A DNA stretch of 50,439 bases, taken from positions 1-50,439 of the forward strand of contig MQRK01249570.1 in NCBI GenBank assembly GCA_001938485.1, given 5' to 3'. Numbering within the stretch: the stretch's first letter is position 1; each line of letters starts with the position of its first letter. The translations under genes were made by a program, and so were the position numbers. The notes under the pieces are model-generated. The model saw only the letters and a list, made by a program, of their open reading frames with translations, was not told where the DNA came from and made no database searches. The stretch comes from Girardia tigrina. Taxonomy: Eukaryota. Shown piece by piece: positions 25,249-36,545 of the stretch.

Positions 25249-26579
25249 TATTAAGAACATTTAAATCAGTCCCGTTTGAATTTTTATTACAATCACATTT
25301 GGAGTCATTATGACTATCAGAAAGTCTTTCATCCTTTGTCATCCTTCTAATTGGTTTTCTTATTTCTGTTTTTAATCATGATTATTCGAACAATTTTTCT
25401 AAATTATTTTTTAAAATATTTGACCTCTGTAAAATATTAATCAAAAAATAATAATTTTTACAATTTCTCAATAAATCCCAAAATAATAAAAAATGTCATC
25501 AAATTATTAAAAATGCAATTAATTTAAATTTTACTAAAAATTATTAAACTTAATTATTTATAATTCGAACATTTTAGTTATTAAATTTTTGTTTTTTAAA
25601 TTAATTATTATCATTATTATATATTCGTTTCAAATCAAAAGAAAATCAAATCAAAATAAATGGAAAATTAATTCAATATTTTTTATAATTTTGAAATTAT
25701 TCGATGGAAATTGAACAATTTGAATTGTAATTTTTGATTATTTAGTTATTGAAAATTATAGTGTGAAATGACCTTGAGTTTGTTTTGCGAAATTAAATTG
25801 ATGAACTTGTAAAAACGATGGAGTTTTTATTTGTTGAAATAAAATTTGATACGTGATTTAATGTCGTTTTGAATTGATTAAAAAGTGAATTTCTTTTCTG
25901 GATGCTGAATTGTGCTAATCGCGATGTTAAAAAAGACCGCAAATTTTAAAATTACAAAAACATTGAATGATACGATTTTTGATGCGCCGATTCTTCTCGT
26001 CGATATTATCAAACTCTAATCAATTTTAGATAAAAATTTAAATAGAAATAGTCAAATAAACGGCACAGTGTTTCTGTATGATCAGCGAATGTCGGTGTTG
26101 GATGAAATTTACAATGATTTAAATAGAAAGCAAAATGCCTTTGGAGAAAATTATTCCAATAAAATTAATATTTACAAAGCGAAATGTGAATCAATCAATT
26201 CGAAAATCGTTAAATCTGTGAAAGACTCGAAAGATTTAACAACAAATTGAATTCGAAAAACGTTATTTTTCATTCATTTCTCAATAAATGGGCGAAGCAA
26301 CTCATCCACAGAATTTCCCTGCGCAACCCTGCTACCTCGTCCGATTCTCGGGGCGACCTGAAGATCGGGTGGATCATTAATCTTAATTTGTGAAATTAAA
26401 AATATGAACTTATCAAATGATTATTTTAATTATGTTCGAATAGTCAATCCTTTAAATTTAAATAAAAAATAACAATTTCCATCTGGGTGGGAGAATCACC
26501 ATTCTAAATTCAACATACTTAAATCAACATACAGCATCCATACATTTACACATTCAAACAATTTAAAATATTCCTCACA
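25249..26579 (-). mobile_element. Solo-LTR-like element, family C copy 2, split by an 822-bp insertion
   Basis: 25249-25554 and 26382-26579 rejoin to a family-C unit; flanks AAAAAT on both sides. Confidence 0.8.
25555..26376 (-). mobile_element. LTR-like element T1 (822 bp), TGATCC...ATA, with a small ORF on the + strand
   Basis: Clean insertion into family C with TSD TTAAT (25550-54 / 26377-81); terminal ~63 nt similar to 33300-33363; ORF 26068-26250. Confidence 0.8.
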
Positions 26580-26719
26580 AAAAATCTACATGCGTAATAT
26601 TGTTTTAAAAAAATTAAAAAGTAACTAGCATGTCATATGGATTAAATAAAAATGAAGAATGTAAGGTTGAGGTTTACTCTACTAATTTATCGATACAAAA
26701 TTATCCATTCCTTGAACGC

Positions 26720-27180
26720 ATTTAAACTGGTGATAAAAAGTGGATTCTATAAGACAACTTTCGAGATGAAGTATCAAAACCATTCCCGAAACCTAAATTG
26801 CATCAGAAATAGTTATGGTGAACTGTTTGTGCGTCTTCTGCAAACATGATCCATGAAAATATCTTTATTCCTTATAAAGAGTAGTGGATTATTGTCTCTA
26901 AACTGATGAAAAGCATCATAAATTGCAAATTCAGTGTCCAAAAGGGATAAGAAGAAAAATATTTATTCTTTTCTAAAACAACGTTCGACCTCAAACAAAT
27001 TCAGCTATGAAACTTTATTGCCAAAATCATACCCAATCTACCTTTATTCATTCGATTACTATGTTTCAAACATCTTCAAACAATTTTAAGGGACAAACAA
27101 TATAAAAATTATCAAATAGTCCAAAACACCTTTCATAAATTCATGATCTCCATGACTCGCCTGTAGCTTCTACCGATATT
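26720..27180 (+). mobile_element. Ancient mariner remnant
   Basis: TGDKKWIL*DN...KPFPKPKLHQK from ~26726 and a degenerate SP.A.TD motif near 27157. Confidence 0.6.
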
Positions 27181-27346
27181 TTTATAAATAAAATTTATTT
27201 TAACGGAGATTTAAAAAAATAATCCTTAAAATTGCCGTAAGTTTTTACTTAACCTAATAAATTATGGATGCTAATATAAAATGAATGACAATGCATAAAT
27301 GTAAAATATTCTAAAAATTAAAATACATTAAAATTTCAAAAAATAC

Positions 27347-27716
27347 CTTTGTCTCGACATCTTTGGGTACTGAATTAAAAACATAAACTTTTCGTCCGAG
27401 AAAAATCCATTTTAATATTTCAAAAGTGTTATAAAATCGATAAATGACGATAAAACAATCGATGACCATGAGGAATATTCGAGCCTTTAATATTTTGAAA
27501 GTGGTCACAGATTTTATATTGAACTTTCCCGAATTATGAGGTTTTTCTCCACTTTCAAACATCAAACTGTTCGGATGATAGTTAACATATTTTGTATCAA
27601 ACATTCTATGATAAGATTTGAATTTGGCTTTCGCTTTATATTTAAATGGTTTTCCCTTAAACTGATTTTTCCAATAATCCCCATGTTTCTTGAAAACTTC
27701 AAATTGTTTTTCTAAA
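27347..27716 (-). CDS. Next exon of the same membrane protein (phase 2 in, phase 0 out)
   Basis: Acceptor aattttag|T; phase matches the upstream donor (AA+T = Asn); reads LEKQFEVFKKHGDYW...ARIFLMVIDCFIVIYRFYNTFEILKWIFLGRKV...VETK; donor AAG|GTATTT. Confidence 0.8.
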
Positions 27717-27970
27717 CTAAAATTACGAAAAAAAAATTATTATATCATGTATGAAAATAATGTTCATAAAAATAAATTAATTTCTTAGCTACATTATTCA
27801 TTTTTTAAGTCTCAAAATGAGATATCATATACAAGTATCGAAAAACGTTCATACTGTCCATCAATTAGTACTGTAATCTTTCGTACTGTGCGTGTTTTTG
27901 TGTGGGTTTCTCTTATTGCGGAGTCGAGTTTTTACAACCTAAATTTCAGACTACACTAGTAAAGTTTCTA

Positions 27971-29283
27971 CAGACCTGTCCAGAAAGTCTTGACCGATTT
28001 ATAGACAAGTGAAAGATAAGCATCTATTGTCATTTTCATCATCATCTCTAATGTGTTCAAAGTATTGCCACTTCTCCCACCGTTCTTGGAGTTTTCTAAT
28101 TACTTTGGTGAAGAAACTGCGAGGTTTCTGTTCAATCCAACTCTCCAACACTACTTGATTTTCTTCCGCGGAGTTGTAATTTCGATCTCGGAGGGCGGTT
28201 TTCATTGAGGATAATAAAACAAATCGGAGGGAGTGAGGTCAGGTTATTATAGTGGATGAGGCAATACACTGAACCCGATTTCTTGCAGCTTATTTACTGT
28301 TTTGTTGGCTGTGTGGGGTAATTAAGCCGCCTCCGCTTTTGTTTTATTATAGCAACAAGATGATTCAGCTGTTGAAAGTAGGTATCCACAGTAATTTTCT
28401 GTCCATGAGGAAGAACTTCCATTAGCAATACACCTTTGCAGTCCCAAAGAACTGAAATCATGTGCTTTCTGGGTGTAAGCACACGATGAACTTCAACTGG
28501 AGGACTGTCTCATTCTCCTCACCAAGAACGATAAGGTTGTGAGCCTTCATTGTCCTAATATATCAGTTGTCCAAGAAAATCAAAAGCCGATTGCTTTGCT
28601 AACAGCTCGTTGCATATTCTTTCTCTATTAGTCATTTGTTCAGGGGACAGTAGATGTGGGATCCATCGATTACTCATGAACTTTTTTCCCATATTAATGC
28701 CTCCGGGGAAATTTCCAACTCATGTGCTATGGAGCGACATGTGTTCTATTTGTCCAAATCCTGTTGTTGCAATATAGCGTCATCAATGTTCATTGACGGC
28801 CTTCTAGAGCGCTGTAGATATTCCACATTAAAATCACCGTTGTTAAACTGTGTTACCCATCGACGGCAAGTGCGGCCACTAACAGCACCACTTCCAACTT
28901 CTGCATTCATCTCTTAACATATAGTGGGTGGATTCAAATTACGTTTCCAGCAGTAATATCACGTTCCAATATCACGTTGACTCAAATTCATTTCGAATGT
29001 CATGAATATTTCGAATATTTCGAATATGACTCATATTCATTTTAACGCAATTTAACTTTAAAGCAATATTGCAAAATAATATTTATTTTCAAAACAATTT
29101 GTTAACTGATATTTTGAAATTAGTTTTCCAACAATAGGAAAAATTGATTATTTTTGAATTATATTTTACATAATCATTCACATATGTATATGTTATTTAT
29201 ACTGCAAATGTCATAGACATTTATCAATGGGTTCATGAGATACTTATAGAAAACTATCGGTCAAAATTTTCTGGACAGATTTA
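27971..29283 (-). mobile_element. Full-length degenerate mariner (family M3)
   Basis: TA TSD; 28-bp imperfect TIRs CAGACCTGTCCAGAAAGTCTTGACCGAT; MNLSQRDI..., RWIPHLLSPEQ, ISVLWDCKGVLLME, KLQERWEK; many stops and frameshifts. Confidence 0.92.
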
Positions 29284-29881
29284 TATTTATGCGGGGTTGA
29301 TAAACATTCTAAAAATTTATGTTTATGTAAATAATGTGTATTATCATGAGTGATATCGAAAGACCAATAATAATTTAGCGTATATAAATATATAGATTAG
29401 ATTTATAAGTTATAAAAAGAAAATACGATTTAGGAACGTTCTCTATCAAAGAAAAAAAGGTTTCTTTCAAAATACTCAACACAGAAATTATTGTTTGATC
29501 GATGTAAATAAAACAAGTGTTTTTTTGATAGTCGGTAGTCATGCACGGATTGATAGTTATTTGTATAACCGCTTCAACAATTATTAATAGAATTATTATT
29601 TGAGGAATGAGTGCTAAAAGATTTTTGATAAAACTAGCTAGAATCCAGACGATATGATTTAAAATTTATGTCAACGAATTAACATCTGAGTAATCAACAA
29701 AACCTCCTTTCATGAAAATATTATTTCTGATTCAAAACTGTATGATTAAAATTCTTGTTCTGAATAAAATGCATGTTGAGATAGAAAAGTCAATAGATAG
29801 CTTTGAATATGAATGATTTTTAATTTTCGGATAGCGAAGGTACACATTTATTGTCTCAAAATTATAATTCAGGATATTTGT

Positions 29882-29921
<40 letters not shown>

Positions 29922-30060
29922 CGAAAAAAAGTCATCTAGAAATTTACTACAAAAACATTAAATAATTAAGAATTTATTATGAAATTTCCGTATCGGATTT
30001 CGTTATAAATTATTTCAATATAATATTTTTTCTTGTAAGAAAAAATAATATAAAATATAA

Positions 30061-30581
30061 TGATAGGTATAAGTCATTGAGGTGACGGCTATCGGATCGA
30101 GTTTTGACGACGAAGACCCCTTATTCGTGCGGAGGTTCACCGGCGAGAAAGAACAGCGGACCGCTTCGCTGTCGGTCGTGATCCCAGCATGTAGAACGCC
30201 CGCCGGTCGACGGGTCGCTTTGGGTTGGTATTGCGATCGGTGTGTGCCTGTCCTCTGTTGTGCACCCCCAAACGCGGGGGAGGGTTGGTTCCACTTGAAA
30301 CCCTGGGCGGTCTCCACGATCCACTCTCGCAACACCGGTTCCGCTAGCGGTGCGGATTTCGGAGGATGCATGTTTTCAATCCTCAATTTTATGTCAAAAA
30401 CAAGAGACAAGAAGAGAAACAAAAAACGTCATTTAATTTTTATGTCGATTCAACAAGATGACACCAATTTTTAATTGTCTTGATTTAATAATGTTTCGTT
30501 ATTTCTTTATTTCAAAACAATAAGAAAAAAGAATAATACAAAGAAAAGTTTGCAAAAACTAAATGAAAATATGATACACTA
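30061..30581 (+). mobile_element. LTR-like element T5 (521 bp), TGA...CTA, GC-rich
   Basis: Abrupt GC rise at TGATAGG; TSD (A)TATAA at 30055-60 / 30581-86; AT-rich tail. Confidence 0.55.
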
Positions 30582-33299
30582 TATAAATAGAAATATGTTA
30601 GATTAAGATGTAAATATGTGAAATCAAAAGAATAAAAGGAATGAGTGTAAAGCCATGTACACTCACTATCAATATTTAAAAAATAAATTAAAGAATAATT
30701 GTTTTTGTTTAAATAAATTACTATTTTTTGTTATAAAGAATGATAAAAAATACAACAATATTTATATTTAAATAAAATTAAATATTTATAGATATCTTTA
30801 CATTTTTGAAAGTAAATATAATTATTTGTTTTCACAAGAAATAAAAATGATTGTTTCAAATGGAAAAAAAACAATATATTTTATTTTAAAATGAAAACAT
30901 TTTTTTCTTAAAAATAGAAATTAGATAAAAGAACGTCGCAATATTCTTAAAAATAATGCCATTGTTATAATCAATATTTTTATTTGATTAAATTTTGTTC
31001 ATTCAAAATTAAAAACGAAAGCTATTATTATACCCTTTCTTTCAAGGATACTTCGAAAGATCTAAATTCCGAAAGTAGTTCATTTTTAAATCTGATTTTA
31101 TTCCAAGTACGTCAGAAAGTAAGAAAAGAGAAACTGCACTTTAAATTTTTTTTGAACCTTCCATATCAACTTCCTCAAAATTTGCGGTCAAACGGATTTT
31201 TTGGAACAGCAAACCATGGTTTAAATATTTTAAAGGACTCTTGAAAGACAACATTTACACAAACAAAAGTTAAATCACAACATCAAAATGACATTGGGCA
31301 AATTATTTACACAAACATGAGTTAAGAAAGAACTAAATAAAAAAAAACATTGAAGAACACTAATAAAAAAAACTAGAATATCATATTCTGAATGATTTAA
31401 AGCATTTAACAAGAGTACTTCAAAGTTCAAAGCTTCCTCTCGAATAAATCGAATACAATTTGTGGATTACAAGCTAATCTGGTTTCTTAAATTTACTTTT
31501 CACGGGTGTAAACGCTCGTATATTATAGAGAAAAATCGAGATTAGTGAGGATTCACAATCAAGTCGATTGAGTAAGGTTACATTGTAAAAGTAGAATCTC
31601 TTCTGTTTCAATACATGAGTTTTCTGATTTACAGAAGGCATTTGATTCACATTATGAGCGACAGTTTTGTGAATCATTATTAATAAGACAATTCAACCCA
31701 TTATTAAACATTTAAAATGGACAAATTAAAACCGTTTCAAATTTTAAAATCTTTGATTAAAAGTTTTTAAACATTTTGAAAAATTATTATCCTATAATAT
31801 CTTTAATAAAAGCAACAGAAAAGTACATTATCCTTTTTAAACTAATTTTATAGAAAAGTAAAATTATAGCTAATAAATATAATTACTGATGATGGAAAAA
31901 GAATTTCCGAAACATTTACAATAATGGATTTCTAAAAAAATAGATTTAACAAAATTATTTTTCAAAAATATATTCATTAAAGAATAATCTCAAAAATTAC
32001 TTTTCAAATTACATTTGTAAAAGTTAAAACATAGATATTTAATTTTTAGAACGTTTAACCAACAAACTTTTGTATGAAAAAATATTTTCATCTTAAATCC
32101 CCTGCAACTGTTTCAATTTTTTAAATTTATTTTCCCTTTTTTTCTATCAACAATTATATTAAATTATTAGATTTTTTAAAATTTTATTTAATCCTTTACA
32201 ATCAGGGTACTCTGAATGATTATTTCGAAAAAACAGACATTTTATAGCAACGTAAATTTTATTTATTTAATCCAAAAAAGTAATTCTTACAAAGGCCTGC
32301 AACATCTGAGAGACAATCAATTTTAATAATGCATATTTTGTTTTAAACAATTTGATAAAAAATTGTTTTACTTTTCGTACTTAAATTCTTTCGTATCTCC
32401 ATTACTCTTAAGAATATCGACAAATTGTTTCTTCTGATGTCCATTATTAACAGGTGCATTTTATCTTACAATTTCTTCCTCCTCTAATTGATAATTGATA
32501 TTTTTTAATAAAATCAAGGAGGTGAAGAGGTGAACATTTTAAGATGTTATTACCCAGACTCTAAAATTTTTCGAACTCTAAAGAAGAAAAAAAATGTTAC
32601 ACAGTATTATGCATTTTACCATATCTGCCAGTTAAATATCAAAACTATCCATAGAAGCTTATTAATGCAGGTCAAAATAGGTTCATACCATTTTTGTCCC
32701 AATAAAATTTTCCAATACAAATATTTAGACCAATTTTAATATATACCGTCTGTTTGTTTGTTTATATGTTTGTACAATAAAAAAAATATTAAAAATGGTG
32801 TGTCTTCTTCATTTTGTTTATAAATAAATTACCATTAAATCTAAATGTTATTGAAATGAGACGCCTTAATTAAATAGTGCATAAATATAAGATATGTGTA
32901 TTTGCTACTAATCTTGCAAAGGATTAATCACACCATTCATTCGTGGTCCGTAGTTGTGTATTCTCGATGACAACACATGAATCATTGTTTTGCGAAAATG
33001 ATTTTTTTATTGTCCACTAATGTGTTTACAAATTAAATATAAAAAGATTAAATTCAAATTTTGGTTTTTTTCTAATTGTAATAACTTAATGATCTTTTTC
33101 AAATTTTTGTATTACTTGGATTCTTTACTAATTCTAGTTTATTTGGTTATTTCTTTGTAATGAGAAATTTTTCAAAATCAAACTACTGCGTTTCAGACAC
33201 AGGGGTGTTCTACCTTTTACCATAATTTACCATAAGGTGATTCCTTTGAATATTTCATATATATTTTTAAATTATTTTTTTTATTTAATTTAATATGTA

Positions 33300-34203
33300 T
33301 GATCCGCCCAACGACCAGGTTGCCCCGATAATCGGACGGAAGTAACAGGGTTGTGCAAGGAAACTTTCTCGTTGTGCTGGGCCCGTTTTAATTTGCTTTG
33401 TCGCTGATTGATAATCCGCAGCCGAATAAGATTAACAAATATCTCGTGATCTTCTTTTTCTAAGTTGATATTTTTCACTGAATATTTGAAATTAGCGGAA
33501 ACGACATCGTCAATCGATAGATCTTCAAACTCATCAATCTCGTTTGATCACACGTAAATCAACCGCCAAATGTCATCAAAGAATTGCTTCACTTCGCTTG
33601 TATTCGTGTGCCAGTACTCATTTACCAGTCGCTGCAGGATACAGCAAAATAGGAAAATCAGATTGAATTTCTTGTTGCAAGTTTCCATTAAGCGAGAGAG
33701 ACTCCTGCGGTATTCGGCAATCAGATCGTCGATTTGTGGCTCGTAAATACTGAAATAACTGCATCGGAAGAGCCCGGTTTTTCTCGAGACACTGTCGAAT
33801 ATGTTATTCAAATCGCTGATTCGTTTCATCTCATAAAAACTCCAAAGAAAATTGATAAAAACAGAAAATGATAAGTAAAAGCAATTTCGATCGATTATTT
33901 ATTCATTTCAAATTTTCAACCTTCAATATCATCCGATCTATTTAAACAAATTCTTTTTACAATTTCTTTGCATTAATCTTTTTTAAATTCATTATAATTA
34001 ATTTCCAACTAAAATTTTTACAAAATTTTCATTGTAAAGCTACAAACATAAAAAAAACAATTAGAATCACAAAAAAAATTCTCCTAGATTTTTCAAGGCG
34101 AATGAGAAAGAGAGAACGCGGTATCCATTAAATATTCATATATATACATATAGATAATTAAATGGTAATTAAGAATATAGTAACGATAATTGAATCCCGA
34201 ACA
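33300..34203 (+). mobile_element. LTR-like element T2 (~904 bp), TGATCC...ACA, with an ORF on the - strand
   Basis: Shares its terminal motif with T1; left flank ATGTA recurs at 34205-09, just after ...GAATCCCGAACA(A); reading frame 33898-33290. Confidence 0.6.
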
Positions 34204-34616
34204 AATGTATATATATGAATTGTTCTGGACCAACTCTCTGGAGATGACAGTTTAGGGTATTGATCACTAGAGTGTACTGAGTCAGGGTAATTAAATGATG
34301 TCGTGAGATATTCAAATTTTCATTTGATTTCATCAATAAATGTTACCAGAAACATGGAATCTTGTGAAACAGAAATACCAGTTTTCCTGAGCATACATTT
34401 CATGATTCAAACCTTCCATAGAAACAGAAAACCGGGACATTTTCCTTAAAAAAATTCCTGGAATGTTGAGATTTACTATCCAATTTATATTCCTGACCAT
34501 TTAGAAAAAAAGACTTGAAAATTTATCGTTGTCTTTGTCGAAAATGGAGATATTGTGTAGATAATCTTTTACATAATCTTTTTTTTAAAATATTCAATAA
34601 ATATTCTAAAATTTTC

Positions 34617-35728
34617 TGTCACATAATTACAAATCCATTCCGTAAGAATTTCAAATTCTATTTCAAATATTTAATTAAATTCAATATACAATTTATTTTT
34701 TTTTCTCTTTCATATTTTTGATAATCCATTCTCCATAATCAATAATTTTATTTTCACTTGAAAAATTCAATTTAAAATTCTCAAAGAAAATCATGACAAA
34801 AAGGAAAAAGAAAATCTTCATTTCGATTTCCGACAAAAATAAATTTAGATACCAAAAAAGAAAAAAAATTTACAATAATTTTATATTTCCTAAATCTTTA
34901 TACAATTGAACAATATTTTTTTTAAATATAAAAATCTTTAATGATTCTTATCTTGATATTTACAATCAAAACAATAAGGAATATAAATCCTTGATTTCCG
35001 ACTATATTTATTTTTATCAGATAGTATTTAAAAAATATAAAAATAGTTATTAAAAAGAATTTTCGAAAACAATTTAAATTGTAATAATAATAATAATAAT
35101 TACGGAATTCAAGACAAGAGTACCCCAACGCAACACTACTTCTTGAGATGAGGTTTAGAAACTCGTGAACACGATTTGAAACCTTCTAGTGGTGAATCTT
35201 TGAGAGAAAGATGGCGAAGATTTCAAGAGTTAATCAGGCATTATTGGATTTGATGGAAAGAAAAAGTTGTGTGGTGATTTTTAATAGTGAGGTGAGGGAG
35301 ATAAAAATGGAAAATGGAAAAGAAGGAGATTTAGTGTGGCTGTTTGATAAAAAAGACAGCAAAGTTACAGTGATCATGGTCACTGCTAATGGAAAGTATT
35401 TCGAGGGTACTTTTCGGTTGAGGGATTTTTGTTACTACTTGAAAATGGTGTTCGCTATTCAGGTCAAATGACAATGAAAAGAGGTAGTCACGAAAGCTAA
35501 CAATTCCTGCTAATTATAGGCTTCTATGGCGAGTATGTGCGGAGATTCCTAACGGCTGTCATTTGAGTCTCTATGTCGTTACTGATGAGCAGAATGTCTA
35601 TGTTCATGGTAGTCTATATTCGTCAATCGCGATATGTAATCAAATCCGATAAAAAACGAAAGGTGTCACACTAAGGCTCGACGTGTTACTTATAGCGCAA
35701 TATTGCGGTGACTAATTTAGCCAGGTCA
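34617..35728 (-). mobile_element. LTR-like element T3 (1112 bp), TG...CA
   Basis: TSD TTTTC (34612-16 / 35729-33); AT-rich left end and GC-richer right end; + strand ORF remnants resemble the T2 ORF. Confidence 0.5.
35211..35471 (+). CDS. 86-aa ORF of unknown family inside element T3
   Basis: AAAGATGG start context; balanced globular-looking composition; no recognised domain. Confidence 0.3.
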   Translation: MAKISRVNQALLDLMERKSCVVIFNSEVREIKMENGKEGDLVWLFDKKDSKVTVIMVTANGKYFEGTFRLRDFCYYLKMVFAIQVK

Positions 35729-36427
35729 TTTTCAATAGTAATAGAAAATATAATGCATTAAAGAAAACTAAAAATTTTATAGTTATTTAGTGAATTTTCT
35801 TCATGAATAATAAATAAAATAAGTTATTTTTTTTGTATAAATGATGACATATTTAAAAAAAACACTTAAATGTGAAGATGGAAGAAGACCTAATTTTGTT
35901 AAACTTGATTTCATCGGCGTTGTGTACAAAAGTGTTAAGAAATTAACAAACATATGCAGGAACCCTATGGATAGGAATATCCATCACGTTATTCATCTTT
36001 AACTGTACCAGGGACTTTAAAATGCATTAAGATCTGTTCTAGACTTATAAATTTTTAAATGAAAGCGGATATTGGAATTTGCAAACTTGGATCGGGATTT
36101 ATTCTTAAATTTCTGAATGATGAAATGTGCCAATTTACAGCGGTTTAAGAAACATCACGAAGATAAAACGCCAATTAGACTGTATATGTCCGAAGGCAAA
36201 CTGGATTCTGCTCACTCCAACAACAGAACTAAAACCGGAAGTCAGTTATATTTTGGGTCGACTGACTCCATATTTCTTTAAATTTGCATTAGGTGATCTC
36301 ATACGATGAAAGATGTAGAATAATCTGGTCTTATGTTAAAAAATGAATCTTCGTTGCATTGAATTCTATAATAAAAGTTTAATTTCGTAGCTGTTTTATT
36401 TTCTTGTTCAGTATAAGACTTATTGAG

Positions 36428-36488
36428 TATATATATATNNNNNNNNNNNNNNNNNNNNNNNNNNNNNNNNNNNNNNNNNNNNNNNNNN

Positions 36489-36541
<53 letters not shown>
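36428..36541. repeat. (TA)n microsatellite around an N gap; other (TA)n at ~29885, 39198, 39830, 42835, 50408
   Basis: Directly visible. Confidence 0.95.

Positions 36542-36545
<4 letters not shown>

Noticed and set aside
30090-30370. SRP, RNase P/MRP or telomerase RNA
   Set aside because: No SRP helix-8 motif, no convincing CR-I/CR-V pair and no CTAACCCT template; the TSD-like flanks favour an insertion.
15340-33550. Alternative genetic code (TGA read as Trp or Sec) suggested by in-frame TGAs
   Set aside because: The host exons use TGG for Trp and have no internal stops; the TGAs occur only in decayed elements alongside TAA, TAG and frameshifts.
35582-35665. Hammerhead ribozyme (CTGATGA...CGAAA); similar cores at 10314 and 26348
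   Set aside because: No stem II/III pairing or properly placed GAAA/NUH; the 26348 CTGAAGA is not conserved in T2 and the 10314 core is not conserved in its repeat copy.
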